Assembly: GCA_028289135.1 (NCBI GenBank)
Contig: JAQGGW010000002.1
Coordinates: 1-34,254 of the forward strand
Reading direction: 5' to 3'
DNA: 34,254 bases
DNA from: Candidatus Saccharimonadota bacterium
Lineage (GTDB): Bacteria; Patescibacteriota; Saccharimonadia; Saccharimonadales; JACDBH01
Shown: positions 18,278-26,009 of the stretch, in pieces
How positions within the stretch are numbered: the first letter of the stretch is position 1
How the letters are laid out: each line of letters begins with the position of its first letter
Notes under the pieces: model-generated
The model's input: the letters and a program-made list of their open reading frames with translations, nothing else
The model's database searches: none
Told to the model about the DNA's origin: nothing
Made by a program: the position numbers and the translations under genes

Positions 18278-18301
18278 AGAAAGAATTAAGGAGATAATAT
18301 A

Positions 18302-19909
18302 ATGAAATTACGAAATATTTTCAAGAAATTCACAACCAAAAAGGCTTTATTGAGCCTTGCGGTTATCGCAGCTGTTGCAGTGCCATTGGCAGTTCACGGT
18401 TCACAAGCAAAAGCAGGTTACGGCCCAACCCGTACTCGTGTTTACGACTGGAACGTTGACGCCGACAAAGTTGGCGCTCAGACTCCAACCCTTGACTCGT
18501 TCATAAACTCACCAGCTTATGGTGACGAGCGTAACCTTACCCGTATTGCTCCAGTTGTTTCCGGCCAGAACGCCGTTGACGCTGACTTTAGCAAAGAAAA
18601 CGTTACAGCAACTGCTGGTAACGAATACTGGGTACGTGTTTATGTACACAACGACGCTAACCAGACTTTGAATGACGCAGAACACAACTATGTTGGTGTT
18701 GCAACCAACACTAAAGTCCGTGTTGCTATCGCTCAGGGCCAGGCAAACGGAATTGATGTTATGGGCTACGTAAGTGCCGATAACGCTGTTGACCCAGTTG
18801 TTTATGACACTGGTACATTGGTTAACGACACTCAGAAGTTCTCTGTTAGCTATGTTCCAGGTTCTGCATCCATCTTAAACCAAGCCCACTTAAGCGGCAC
18901 CCCACTATCTGACGACATTGCTGGCGCTAACGGTGTCCAGATTGGTTACGACCAAATGGATGGCAAGCTCCCTGCTTGTTTCCAATACTCTGCATACGTA
19001 TTTGTAAAAGTTAAAGTAAACGCTCCAAACATATCTATCGCTAAGACCGAACGCCAGGTAAAGCTTGTTGATGGCAAATTGACTGGCCAGGGCGACTTCG
19101 CTGATACTCTTGCTGTAAAGCCAGGCGACAAGGTTTCTTACCGCCTTTACTTCAAGAACAACGGCAGCGACTATTCTGACAACGTTACAGTTCGTGACAC
19201 ATTGCCCGCTGGCCTTACATTAGACCCAGGTACAATTACACTCGTAAGCCCACTGCACCCAACAGGCATGGTACTTAATGACAATGCCCTTGCAAACGGC
19301 GGCCAAAACGTTGGCAGCTATGCTGCCGGCGCTGACAGCTACATCTACTTCCGTGCGATTGTTGGCAACCCTGCTGACGACACATGTAAGATTGTGAACA
19401 CTGCATATGTACACGGCGACAACAGCCCAGAAACAAGTGATACTGCTACTTTGACTTACGACCAGGCTCTATGTAAGAAACCACCAGTTGTTTCATATAC
19501 TTGTGACCTGCTGAAAGTTGTCCAAGACACAGCCGACAAGCACAAAGCTACATTTACCTTTACAACCAGCCAGGATGCAACAACTAAAGTCAGTACTTAC
19601 GTAATCGACTTTGGCGACGGCAGCACTCCATTTACTACGAACCAGAACCCATATACTTACACATATGCAAAAGAAGGTACGTACAACGTTGTTGGTAAAG
19701 TGAACTTCGTCCTTGCTGACTCAACTCCAAAAAATGGCGTTGCTGGAAACAAGTGTATCGGTACGGTTACTATTTCAAGCAAGCCGCCGGTAACTCCTCC
19801 AACAGTATTGCCAAACACTGGTGCGGGCAGCACCATCGCCATCTTTGGCGCGACTACTGTCCTTGGTGCATTCTTGTACCGCATGCGTGCTCTCAAAAGC
19901 TTACGCTAA
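18302..19909 (+). CDS. Cell-surface protein: signal peptide, DUF11-like Ig repeat, PKD-like domain, LPXTG anchor
   Basis: KPGDKVSYRLYFKNNG...NVTVRDTLPAGL (DUF11-like); DFGDG...YTYAKEGTYNV (PKD-like); LPNTG + hydrophobic segment + basic tail; AAGGAG SD. Confidence 0.88.
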   Translation: MKLRNIFKKFTTKKALLSLAVIAAVAVPLAVHGSQAKAGYGPTRTRVYDWNVDADKVGAQTPTLDSFINSPAYGDERNLTRIAPVVSGQNAVDADFSKENVTATAGNEYWVRVYVHNDANQTLNDAEHNYVGVATNTKVRVAIAQGQANGIDVMGYVSADNAVDPVVYDTGTLVNDTQKFSVSYVPGSASILNQAHLSGTPLSDDIAGANGVQIGYDQMDGKLPACFQYSAYVFVKVKVNAPNISIAKTERQVKLVDGKLTGQGDFADTLAVKPGDKVSYRLYFKNNGSDYSDNVTVRDTLPAGLTLDPGTITLVSPLHPTGMVLNDNALANGGQNVGSYAAGADSYIYFRAIVGNPADDTCKIVNTAYVHGDNSPETSDTATLTYDQALCKKPPVVSYTCDLLKVVQDTADKHKATFTFTTSQDATTKVSTYVIDFGDGSTPFTTNQNPYTYTYAKEGTYNVVGKVNFVLADSTPKNGVAGNKCIGTVTISSKPPVTPPTVLPNTGAGSTIAIFGATTVLGAFLYRMRALKSLR

Positions 19910-19983
19910 GCTCTAGCAATAACGCACAAATTGTGCTAAGCTAGTAACAAGTTAATGCGTCGTGACTGACCGCTCAGGCTCGA

Positions 19984-20009
19984 AAAGGCCCCTCTTCGGA
20001 GGGGTCTTT
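19984..20009 (+). terminator. Intrinsic terminator
   Basis: AAAGGCCCCTC-TTCG-GAGGGGTCTTT. Confidence 0.85.
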
Positions 20010-20080
20010 GTTATGGATAACACTTTCAGTTTTATCTCTGTTATGGTAAAATATGACGGTCTGTTCGTATTCGTTTTATT

Positions 20081-20190
20081 GTCTTTTCCGAAATCACAAG
20101 GCCTCTTGTGATTTCGAGAGGAGACGGCTTGGTAAGGCTGCTAATGTTGCCGGGCAAATTTATTTTGCCGGCGGCATAGCGGCCTTACCA
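20081..20190 (+). other. Two long hairpins in the 5' leader of tRNA-Glu
   Basis: CGAAATCACAAG-GCCT-CTTGTGATTTCG (20089-20116) and TGGTAAGGCTGCTA...TAGCGGCCTTACCA (20130-20190), downstream of TGGTAAAAT (20044-20052). Confidence 0.65.
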
Positions 20191-20204
20191 TCACATGCCG
20201 ACGA

Positions 20205-20279
20205 GGTCCCATCGTCTATCGGTTAGGACACTGGGTTTTCATCCCAGCAAGAGGAGTTCGACTCTCCTTGGGATCACCA
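20205..20279 (+). tRNA. tRNA-Glu (TTC)
   Basis: Acceptor GGTCCCA/TGGGATC, anticodon arm CTGGG-TTTTCAT-CCCAG, T-arm AGGAG-TTCGACT-CTCCT, encoded CCA. Confidence 0.97.
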
Positions 20280-21774
20280 TCGTATTCGAATCAGGCACTT
20301 CGGTGCCTGTTTTCATGTTCGCTAAGGTGTAAAGTGTGCTTAATTTGGGCGTTCGAAATTTATTTGTAGTGAGGTCGTATTCTAGGCCTTCTGGAAACAC
20401 CAGGCGTTGGTAGATGATTTGATGTTCTATCGAGGCGTTGCTCCATATTCTTGGGGCGTTCGACATAAAACGCATAGCGTAGTCGATTGCATCAGTTTTT
20501 AGTTCTGACAAGGACCCGATACTCGCAAGGTCTTGCTGTATAGTGTCGGACTCATTTTTTATCTTCGCAACGAGGTCTTTCTTTTCTTCTAGAGAAATAT
20601 CGCCCGAAACAAATGCCTCTACCGTTTTGTTTCTTCTCTCTGTGAGCTGTTCTAAGACCTTATGGAGCTTCTTCTGCTTATTACCTAGGGTTTGTGTTTC
20701 GTCACGCCAGACACGTACAATTATCTCTTTTAGGAACTTCTCCACGTCTGGGTCAGGAGTTAGTGAGGCAAGTAGGTGTAGGAATTGTTCGTGAAGCTCA
20801 CCTGACTGCACAGAGGGGACATGACATCTAGCACAGTGGTAGCGTGGCGAACGCTTGCCTGAGCCACCAACTGGACTGCTACCTGTTAGAGGTTTATTAC
20901 ACTTCGCACACAGCATAAAGCGTCTCAGAGGGAATTCAGGGTTATTCTTCTTATATGTAGCGGCAGAGTTCTTGTTGGTTCTCAGAAGCTCTTGATTACG
21001 GTGATAGACCGCAGGGGTAATGATGCCATCGAATTTTGAGGATACGAGCTGATCCTCTGTGTGACGGTTCTGTTCAAGCCCTGCATAGATAGGGTTACGC
21101 AACATCTTACTGAGAGCCTGTATTTGCATCGGCTTACCTTGAGCAGACTTTAACCCTATGCTCTCGCACATCTTAATTAAGCCAGCTATCGTATACGTAC
21201 CCGTTGTGTATGCTTCGAGGACAGAGGCCACCTTATCGGCGACCCCCTCTATTGGTGCAAGTACAGACTTATCTAGCAGGTCTCTCACGTTTTTAAGACC
21301 ATGAGGTGCTTTGCTCATGCGATAGCCCTCTTTAGCATGGACTTTCATGTTATCTTTTACACGAACAGATTTAACCTTATTGTCGTGCTGAGCAAGTACA
21401 GCCTCTATATTCTGTATAAGCTCCTCATTAACACTATCTTCTAGGCTTGAGTTGATGTTCTTGTACTCAATTCCCAGTTTTGATAGAAGAGTACGTAGTG
21501 CAAAGAAGTCTGTGGCGTTGCGAGTGAGACGATCCGTCTGGTACGTAATGAGATAGTGAATGCGACCCTTGTTTGCCTCAAGGTACGCTAACATCTCTTT
21601 CATAGCAGGACGGTCTAAGGTTTTGGCTGATACACCGTCATCATGGTAGATTTTCTCGACCAGTACATTGTTGCGTGATGCCCATTCTTGGCACATCATT
21701 TGTTGCGTTTCAAGACTCGCTCCCTCTACCTGCTTGGTAGTTGACACACGGAGATAAATGACTGCTTTTTTCAT
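20239..21774 (-). CDS. Large serine recombinase (integrase)
   Basis: YLRVST (catalytic Ser), DDGVSAKTLDRPAM, DRLTRN, recombinase domain LRNPIYAG, Zn ribbon CAKC...YHCARC, and a coiled coil. The 3' end runs antisense into tRNA-Glu. Confidence 0.95.
   Translation of the reverse strand: MKKAVIYLRVSTTKQVEGASLETQQMMCQEWASRNNVLVEKIYHDDGVSAKTLDRPAMKEMLAYLEANKGRIHYLITYQTDRLTRNATDFFALRTLLSKLGIEYKNINSSLEDSVNEELIQNIEAVLAQHDNKVKSVRVKDNMKVHAKEGYRMSKAPHGLKNVRDLLDKSVLAPIEGVADKVASVLEAYTTGTYTIAGLIKMCESIGLKSAQGKPMQIQALSKMLRNPIYAGLEQNRHTEDQLVSSKFDGIITPAVYHRNQELLRTNKNSAATYKKNNPEFPLRRFMLCAKCNKPLTGSSPVGGSGKRSPRYHCARCHVPSVQSGELHEQFLHLLASLTPDPDVEKFLKEIIVRVWRDETQTLGNKQKKLHKVLEQLTERRNKTVEAFVSGDISLEEKKDLVAKIKNESDTIQQDLASIGSLSELKTDAIDYAMRFMSNAPRIWSNASIEHQIIYQRLVFPEGLEYDLTTNKFRTPKLSTLYTLANMKTGTEVPDSNTMVIPRRVELLLLG
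20292..20313 (+). terminator. Element-supplied terminator for tRNA-Glu, embedded antisense in the integrase gene
   Basis: CAGGCAC-TTCG-GTGCCTG-TTTT, 12 nt after the CCA. Confidence 0.7.
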
Positions 21775-22022
21775 TGTGTGGTTGCCTCGGTATTGCTTAT
21801 AGTAACATTATTTTTAATATTTTTCGAACTAATATATGTACGAACTGAAATTCTCACCACTGTTTCAGTGGCTTGTATCAACGCTTTTAATTCTTCGTTG
21901 GTTAGGTTTTTTGCTTTTTGTCCTAGGAGCTTACGGGCTTCTTTGACTGATATGACCAGTTGGCCACTGATATTATTGTGTGGTGCATAGTGCTGTGCCA
22001 CTTTGGTTCTCTCTTGAACCAT
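21771..22022 (-). CDS. Small basic protein coupled to the integrase (candidate directionality factor/regulator)
   Basis: ATGA overlap with the integrase start; helical ISVKEARKLLG...LTNEEL pattern. Confidence 0.65.
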   Translation of the reverse strand: MVQERTKVAQHYAPHNNISGQLVISVKEARKLLGQKAKNLTNEELKALIQATETVVRISVRTYISSKNIKNNVTISNTEATTQ

Positions 22023-22158
22023 GAGAACGACTTATTGCCGAACCCCTACCGAGAATGCCGTAGACCTGTGCGTGACCTGTAATCAAAAGAACGTTGCAGG
22101 TCAGTCGGCTTTAAGTCTACTACTTAAAACAAACTGGTTATGCAACGTTCCACCTTTA

Positions 22159-22187
22159 ATTATACGTAAGCATAATGAATTTGTCAA
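22159..22187 (-). promoter_or_regulatory. Consensus sigma70 promoter for the small ORF + integrase operon
   Basis: The minus strand reads TTGACA-17 nt-TATAAT exactly. Confidence 0.8.
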
Positions 22188-22257
22188 GTATATTTTATGG
22201 TTGTGCTAATTTTGTATAATGAGAACAGAGGTAACGCCGAAAAACAAAGGAGTTTAT

Positions 22258-22491
22258 ATGGAAATCAAAAAAGCTATCGGCAGACCGCCTAAGGTCAATT
22301 ATCGAGTCATCATAAAATTAGCGGATTCAATTCAGCACAACTCAACAATTACTGAAGCCTGTCGCTATGCAGGAATAAGCCGTGATACCTACTACCATTA
22401 CATGAATAACGAAACAGTGTTCGCCGAGAAAATGACCACCGCAAAAGACAATCAGAATAGATTGGTCATGAGTTTTCTGACGGTTTATTGA
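22258..22491 (+). CDS. Small HTH protein resembling phage terminase small-subunit N-terminal domains
   Basis: GRPPK arm followed by TITEACRYAGISRDTYYHY HTH. An AAGGAG SD favours ATG 22258 over 22219. Confidence 0.7.
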   Translation: MEIKKAIGRPPKVNYRVIIKLADSIQHNSTITEACRYAGISRDTYYHYMNNETVFAEKMTTAKDNQNRLVMSFLTVY

Positions 22492-22634
22492 AAAACACGC
22501 TGTTTTGTTAGCAGTTTTTAAGAAAAGTAGTGTCAGTCAATACAGTAGGAGCTAAGTCTAAGTAAAGGCCAAACACACCAAAGTGGCAGAAGAGGTTACA
22601 ACTCTCTGTTTTATTTTTAAGGTATTATAAGATA

Positions 22635-23435
22635 ATGAAATTTGGCACGAGCTTTGGTACACACAAGTTAGTTGAGAGGTATCCTTCTTTAAATGAAGCA
22701 ACTGTTGGCGCAACTTTAAAAATATCTCTCAAGCTATTACTGGAAGGTAAGCTATGGGACCAGGTTGGACGACAACGGGTTCTCACTAAGGGATTTGAAC
22801 ACGGTATCGAACAGATAGATTTTGGTAAGGATAAAGCGATAGTACAAGTAGGTGCTAATGATGGGATGCATAGCGACCCTCTTCGTCCGATTCTTGCCAA
22901 ACAAAATATGAAAGCAGTGCTTGTGGAACCTATAACACTTGCTTTTGAGGCACTATCTCGACTTTATGAAAACAGGCCTGCCACGTATTTAATGAATAAT
23001 GCGATTGCTGCTCAGAGTGGTCATCTGACACTGTACTCACCCAGAATTAAGGGTCGGGAGTTGCAATCTACTTTATGGGCGTGTAAATCAAAAGAACAAG
23101 TTATTCGCGAAATCAAAAGAAATGTAGGCAAGGAGGCTCTAGGAAGTGCAGAAATATCGGAGATGCAGGTAGAGGCTCAGACTGCTGCTCAGCTTTGCAA
23201 GGATTGTGATTTGGATCCGAAGAATATAGCCGTACTTGTAGTAGACACGGAAGGTCAGGATGCTGAAATTGTGGGCTCCTTCTTGGATGCAGGAGCATCA
23301 CCTGAGGTTATATACTATGAGCAGTTACACGTACCACCACACGACGCGACAGTCGTTAAAGAAAGACTAAGTGGTCTTGGGTATAGTTTAGACGAAACCC
23401 ACAAGGATGTACTTGCAAGGCTAGTGCGTAACTAA
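22635..23435 (+). CDS. FkbM-family SAM-dependent methyltransferase (element cargo)
   Basis: Motifs VQVGANDG, VLVEP, NNAI, LVVDTEGQDAEI and PEVIYYE. Confidence 0.88.
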   Translation: MKFGTSFGTHKLVERYPSLNEATVGATLKISLKLLLEGKLWDQVGRQRVLTKGFEHGIEQIDFGKDKAIVQVGANDGMHSDPLRPILAKQNMKAVLVEPITLAFEALSRLYENRPATYLMNNAIAAQSGHLTLYSPRIKGRELQSTLWACKSKEQVIREIKRNVGKEALGSAEISEMQVEAQTAAQLCKDCDLDPKNIAVLVVDTEGQDAEIVGSFLDAGASPEVIYYEQLHVPPHDATVVKERLSGLGYSLDETHKDVLARLVRN

Positions 23436-23516
23436 GCCCTTTAAATCATACTTTATAAGGATATAACTTCTTCTACTGTGGTAGCCCATATAGTACTAAG
23501 TTAATAGTGTTCTACT

Positions 23517-23612
23517 CTAAGCTAGAATGTACTCTGTCGCTGTTATTGCTCTCATGTAGCTATATACTTCTAGTAGTTCAGTACAGATTGCGTTCAATTT
23601 CGACTTCACATA
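23517..23612 (-). other. Orphan 31-codon frame that would become the integrase C-terminus after excision
   Basis: In the integrase register across the att core, it reads YVKSKLNAICTELLEVYSYMRAITATEYILA-TAG. Confidence 0.6.
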
Positions 23613-23632
23613 GATCACCACGTTAGAATCAA

Positions 23633-23661
23633 TAAAAACCCTGCACTATGCGGGGTTTTTA
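23633..23661 (+). terminator. Intrinsic terminator (probably the displaced native tRNA-Glu terminator; bidirectional)
   Basis: TAAAAACCCTGCA-CTA-TGCGGGGTTTTTA, 12 nt after the right att core. Confidence 0.8.
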
Positions 23662-23677
23662 CATTTTTAAGACTTTG

Positions 23678-24250
23678 TTAAAGCGTCAGATTATTTTTAC
23701 GGAAATTATATTGCATTGATGTGTAGAAACACGCGATAAACAAAAGCTCCAAAAGCGGCGCGTTAAAATACCAAGATGTGGACTTTATGAGGACTGCAAT
23801 TATTAGAACAATGCACGCAAGTGACGCCACGGCGGCTAATAAAGTGTTTATGGGCGACCTTTTGCGGAGGCTTATAAAAATTACGGCAATGCTTGAACTT
23901 AAAAATAGGCCTAAGCTAAGGAACGCGTGGATGAAAAAAATTACTTTTCCTTCGTGAAAGGGTAACAGAAACAGCAATACCGCACTGAGGCCCGCCACTT
24001 GTATGCATCGTTTTAAGACTCCATAGCTTTGTTTTATATTTTGCGCGACAAGAAGTAGGAAAATGCCGCTCAAAACACTACCTGCTATGTGTATTCCAGC
24101 CGTTTCGGGGTAGCGCGAATAGCGGCTGAGGGCACTGTCTGGGATGCGCAGTACTGACGGTTTTATCATCATCTCAAGAATCAATGCACTCCAAGTAATG
24201 GCCATAGCGATATTAAGTAATTTTAACGTGGAGATTCTTTGGAGCTTCAT
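23678..24250 (-). CDS. Hypothetical polytopic membrane protein (DUF998-like)
   Basis: About 6 TM helices; ALSRYS motif and a His in FIHAFLS. Confidence 0.65.
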   Translation of the reverse strand: MKLQRISTLKLLNIAMAITWSALILEMMIKPSVLRIPDSALSRYSRYPETAGIHIAGSVLSGIFLLLVAQNIKQSYGVLKRCIQVAGLSAVLLFLLPFHEGKVIFFIHAFLSLGLFLSSSIAVIFISLRKRSPINTLLAAVASLACIVLIIAVLIKSTSWYFNAPLLELLFIACFYTSMQYNFRKNNLTL

Positions 24251-24355
24251 ATGCGGTTACTATACTATGTGCTGTCATCTGGAGCCAAAAAGCTTCTGGT
24301 TATAGCATAAGTGTTTTGCGTAAGTTGGCCTGGCCGTATAAAATAGGAGGTAACT

Positions 24356-25798
24356 ATGGATATAACTAGAAAAGTGCCTGGTGTTCCTTTGGAACAATAT
24401 AAGCGGACCAAGATTATCGCGACCGTTGGCCCGGCTACAGACTCTTATGAAGCCATCTTAAGTGCTATCAAGGCCGGCGCCAATGGGCTGAGGCTTAACT
24501 TTAGCCATGGTGCCTACGAAGAGCGAGAACGCCAGATTAAGTGGATCCGCAAAGCCAGCCGCGAATACGGCAAGCCGGTAGCCATTATTGCCGACCTCCA
24601 GGGGCCAAAGATCCGCCTGGGCGACTTTGACGGCATTATTAATGTGCAGGAGGGCCAGAGTCTGCGCCTGGGCTATAACGCCAACTATGCCAAGGATGGC
24701 ATTATCCCGATGCAGTATGACCTCAGCAAAAAGGTAAAGCGCGGCGAGCATATTTATATCTATGATGGCAAAGTAAAAACACTTGTCACGAGTGTCTCGG
24801 ACGGACTTGTGCATGTCCGTGCCGAAAATGATGGGATATTGATTAAGCGTAAAGGCCTTAATTTGCCGGACACTAACTTTGGCGGCGATGTTATTACCAA
24901 AAAAGACCGTGAAGATTTGGCGTTTTGTTCGACCCAGGACATTGACTATGTAGCCCAGAGCTTTGTTCAGACAGCGGACGACATTAAGAACCTACGCAAA
25001 CTCATGAAAAACCTTGGAATTAACGCCCAGGTGATTGTCAAAATGGAAACCCGTTCGGCGGTTGAAAACATGAATGCCATTGTTGAAGAAACCGATGTTA
25101 TTATGATTGCCCGCGGTGACCTGGCCGTTGAAACGCCGCCTGAGAGTGTCCCGATTATCCAGCGCCAACTAATTGGTTTGGGAATTAAGCATGCCAAGCC
25201 AACCATTGTCGCAACCCAGATGCTGTTTAGTATGACCGAAGCGCCGGAACCAACCCGTGCCGAAGTTTCTGATGTGGCCACGGCGGTGCTTGTGGGGGCA
25301 GACTGCGTGATGCTGAGCGATGAAACGGCTAATGGCCGCTATCCGATCGAGGCCATTAAGATTATGAAGCGGGTGATTTTGTATACCGAGCAGCACGCGC
25401 CTGTAAAGCCGGTGTTTGCCGAAACGATTATGAACACGGCTTTTACGCGCCAGCAGGCCATCTCTACAGCGGTTTTAAACCTGGCCCATGATATTAAGGC
25501 CGATGCGATCGTGGCCGAAACCCGCTCCGGCGCTACAGCGCTGCAGATTTCGAGCAAACGGGCTGACATTCCGCTGATTGCCGTCACGAGTGACACGCGT
25601 GTTGCCCAGCAGCTGGCAATTGTCTATGCCTGCAAGAGCTACGTCCGCCCAGATGACAAATTGGCGGCCGAAAAGATTACCAATTGGCTGCAGCACAACA
25701 AAGTGCTGTCGGCAGGTGATGTAATAGTTTCATGTTCGGGACATTATCCAGGAGTCGTGGGAACAACAGATACTATCAAGGTGCGCGTGCTAGAGTAG
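24356..25798 (+). CDS. pyk: Pyruvate kinase
   Basis: Motifs RTKIIATVGPA, RLNFSHG, DLQGPKIR, MIARGDLAVE, ATQML, PTRAEVSDV and VMLSDETA; AGGAGG SD. Confidence 0.97.
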   Translation: MDITRKVPGVPLEQYKRTKIIATVGPATDSYEAILSAIKAGANGLRLNFSHGAYEERERQIKWIRKASREYGKPVAIIADLQGPKIRLGDFDGIINVQEGQSLRLGYNANYAKDGIIPMQYDLSKKVKRGEHIYIYDGKVKTLVTSVSDGLVHVRAENDGILIKRKGLNLPDTNFGGDVITKKDREDLAFCSTQDIDYVAQSFVQTADDIKNLRKLMKNLGINAQVIVKMETRSAVENMNAIVEETDVIMIARGDLAVETPPESVPIIQRQLIGLGIKHAKPTIVATQMLFSMTEAPEPTRAEVSDVATAVLVGADCVMLSDETANGRYPIEAIKIMKRVILYTEQHAPVKPVFAETIMNTAFTRQQAISTAVLNLAHDIKADAIVAETRSGATALQISSKRADIPLIAVTSDTRVAQQLAIVYACKSYVRPDDKLAAEKITNWLQHNKVLSAGDVIVSCSGHYPGVVGTTDTIKVRVLE

Positions 25799-25925
25799 CC
25801 TGGCCATCGCACAATGGCCAAAATCGCCGTTTTCCTTCATCGGTCTGCTCTCACCGTACCTTCTGTACGGCTCGCTTGCCCGCTCGGAAGAACGGCAATT
25901 TTGACTCATCGTGCGCAGCCCAGGC
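25798..25925. repeat. ~128-bp imperfect palindrome with CCGTAC-N-GTACGG apex (REP/MITE-like)
   Basis: Nested pairings GCCTGG/CCAGGC, CGCACAATG/CATCGTGCG, CAAAAT/ATTTTG, GCCGTT/AACGGC and CCGTAC/GTACGG. Confidence 0.75.
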
Positions 25926-26009
25926 ATCACGGTTACAAAGCCTGTTGTCGTTGTGTGCGTCAACGCTTATACTTGAGGTAATATATAGATAGAAGGGTGG
26001 GGCCTAGTT

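Larger units (their letters stand above)
20272..23620. mobile_element. ~3.35-kb integrative element at the tRNA-Glu 3' end
   Basis: Direct repeat GATCACCA at 20272-20279 and 23613-23620, each preceded by TTCGACT 8 or 7 nt upstream. A large serine recombinase abuts the tRNA. A terminator lies just beyond the right repeat. Confidence 0.8.

Noticed and set aside
19958-19980. GTCGTGACTG resembling the start of a ZTP (pfl) riboswitch
   Set aside because: The remaining ZTP elements are absent, and it lies in a 3' UTR just before a terminator.
22021-22209. 62-aa ORF (+) inside the element
   Set aside because: It overlaps the divergent promoter region and has no SD or recognisable features.
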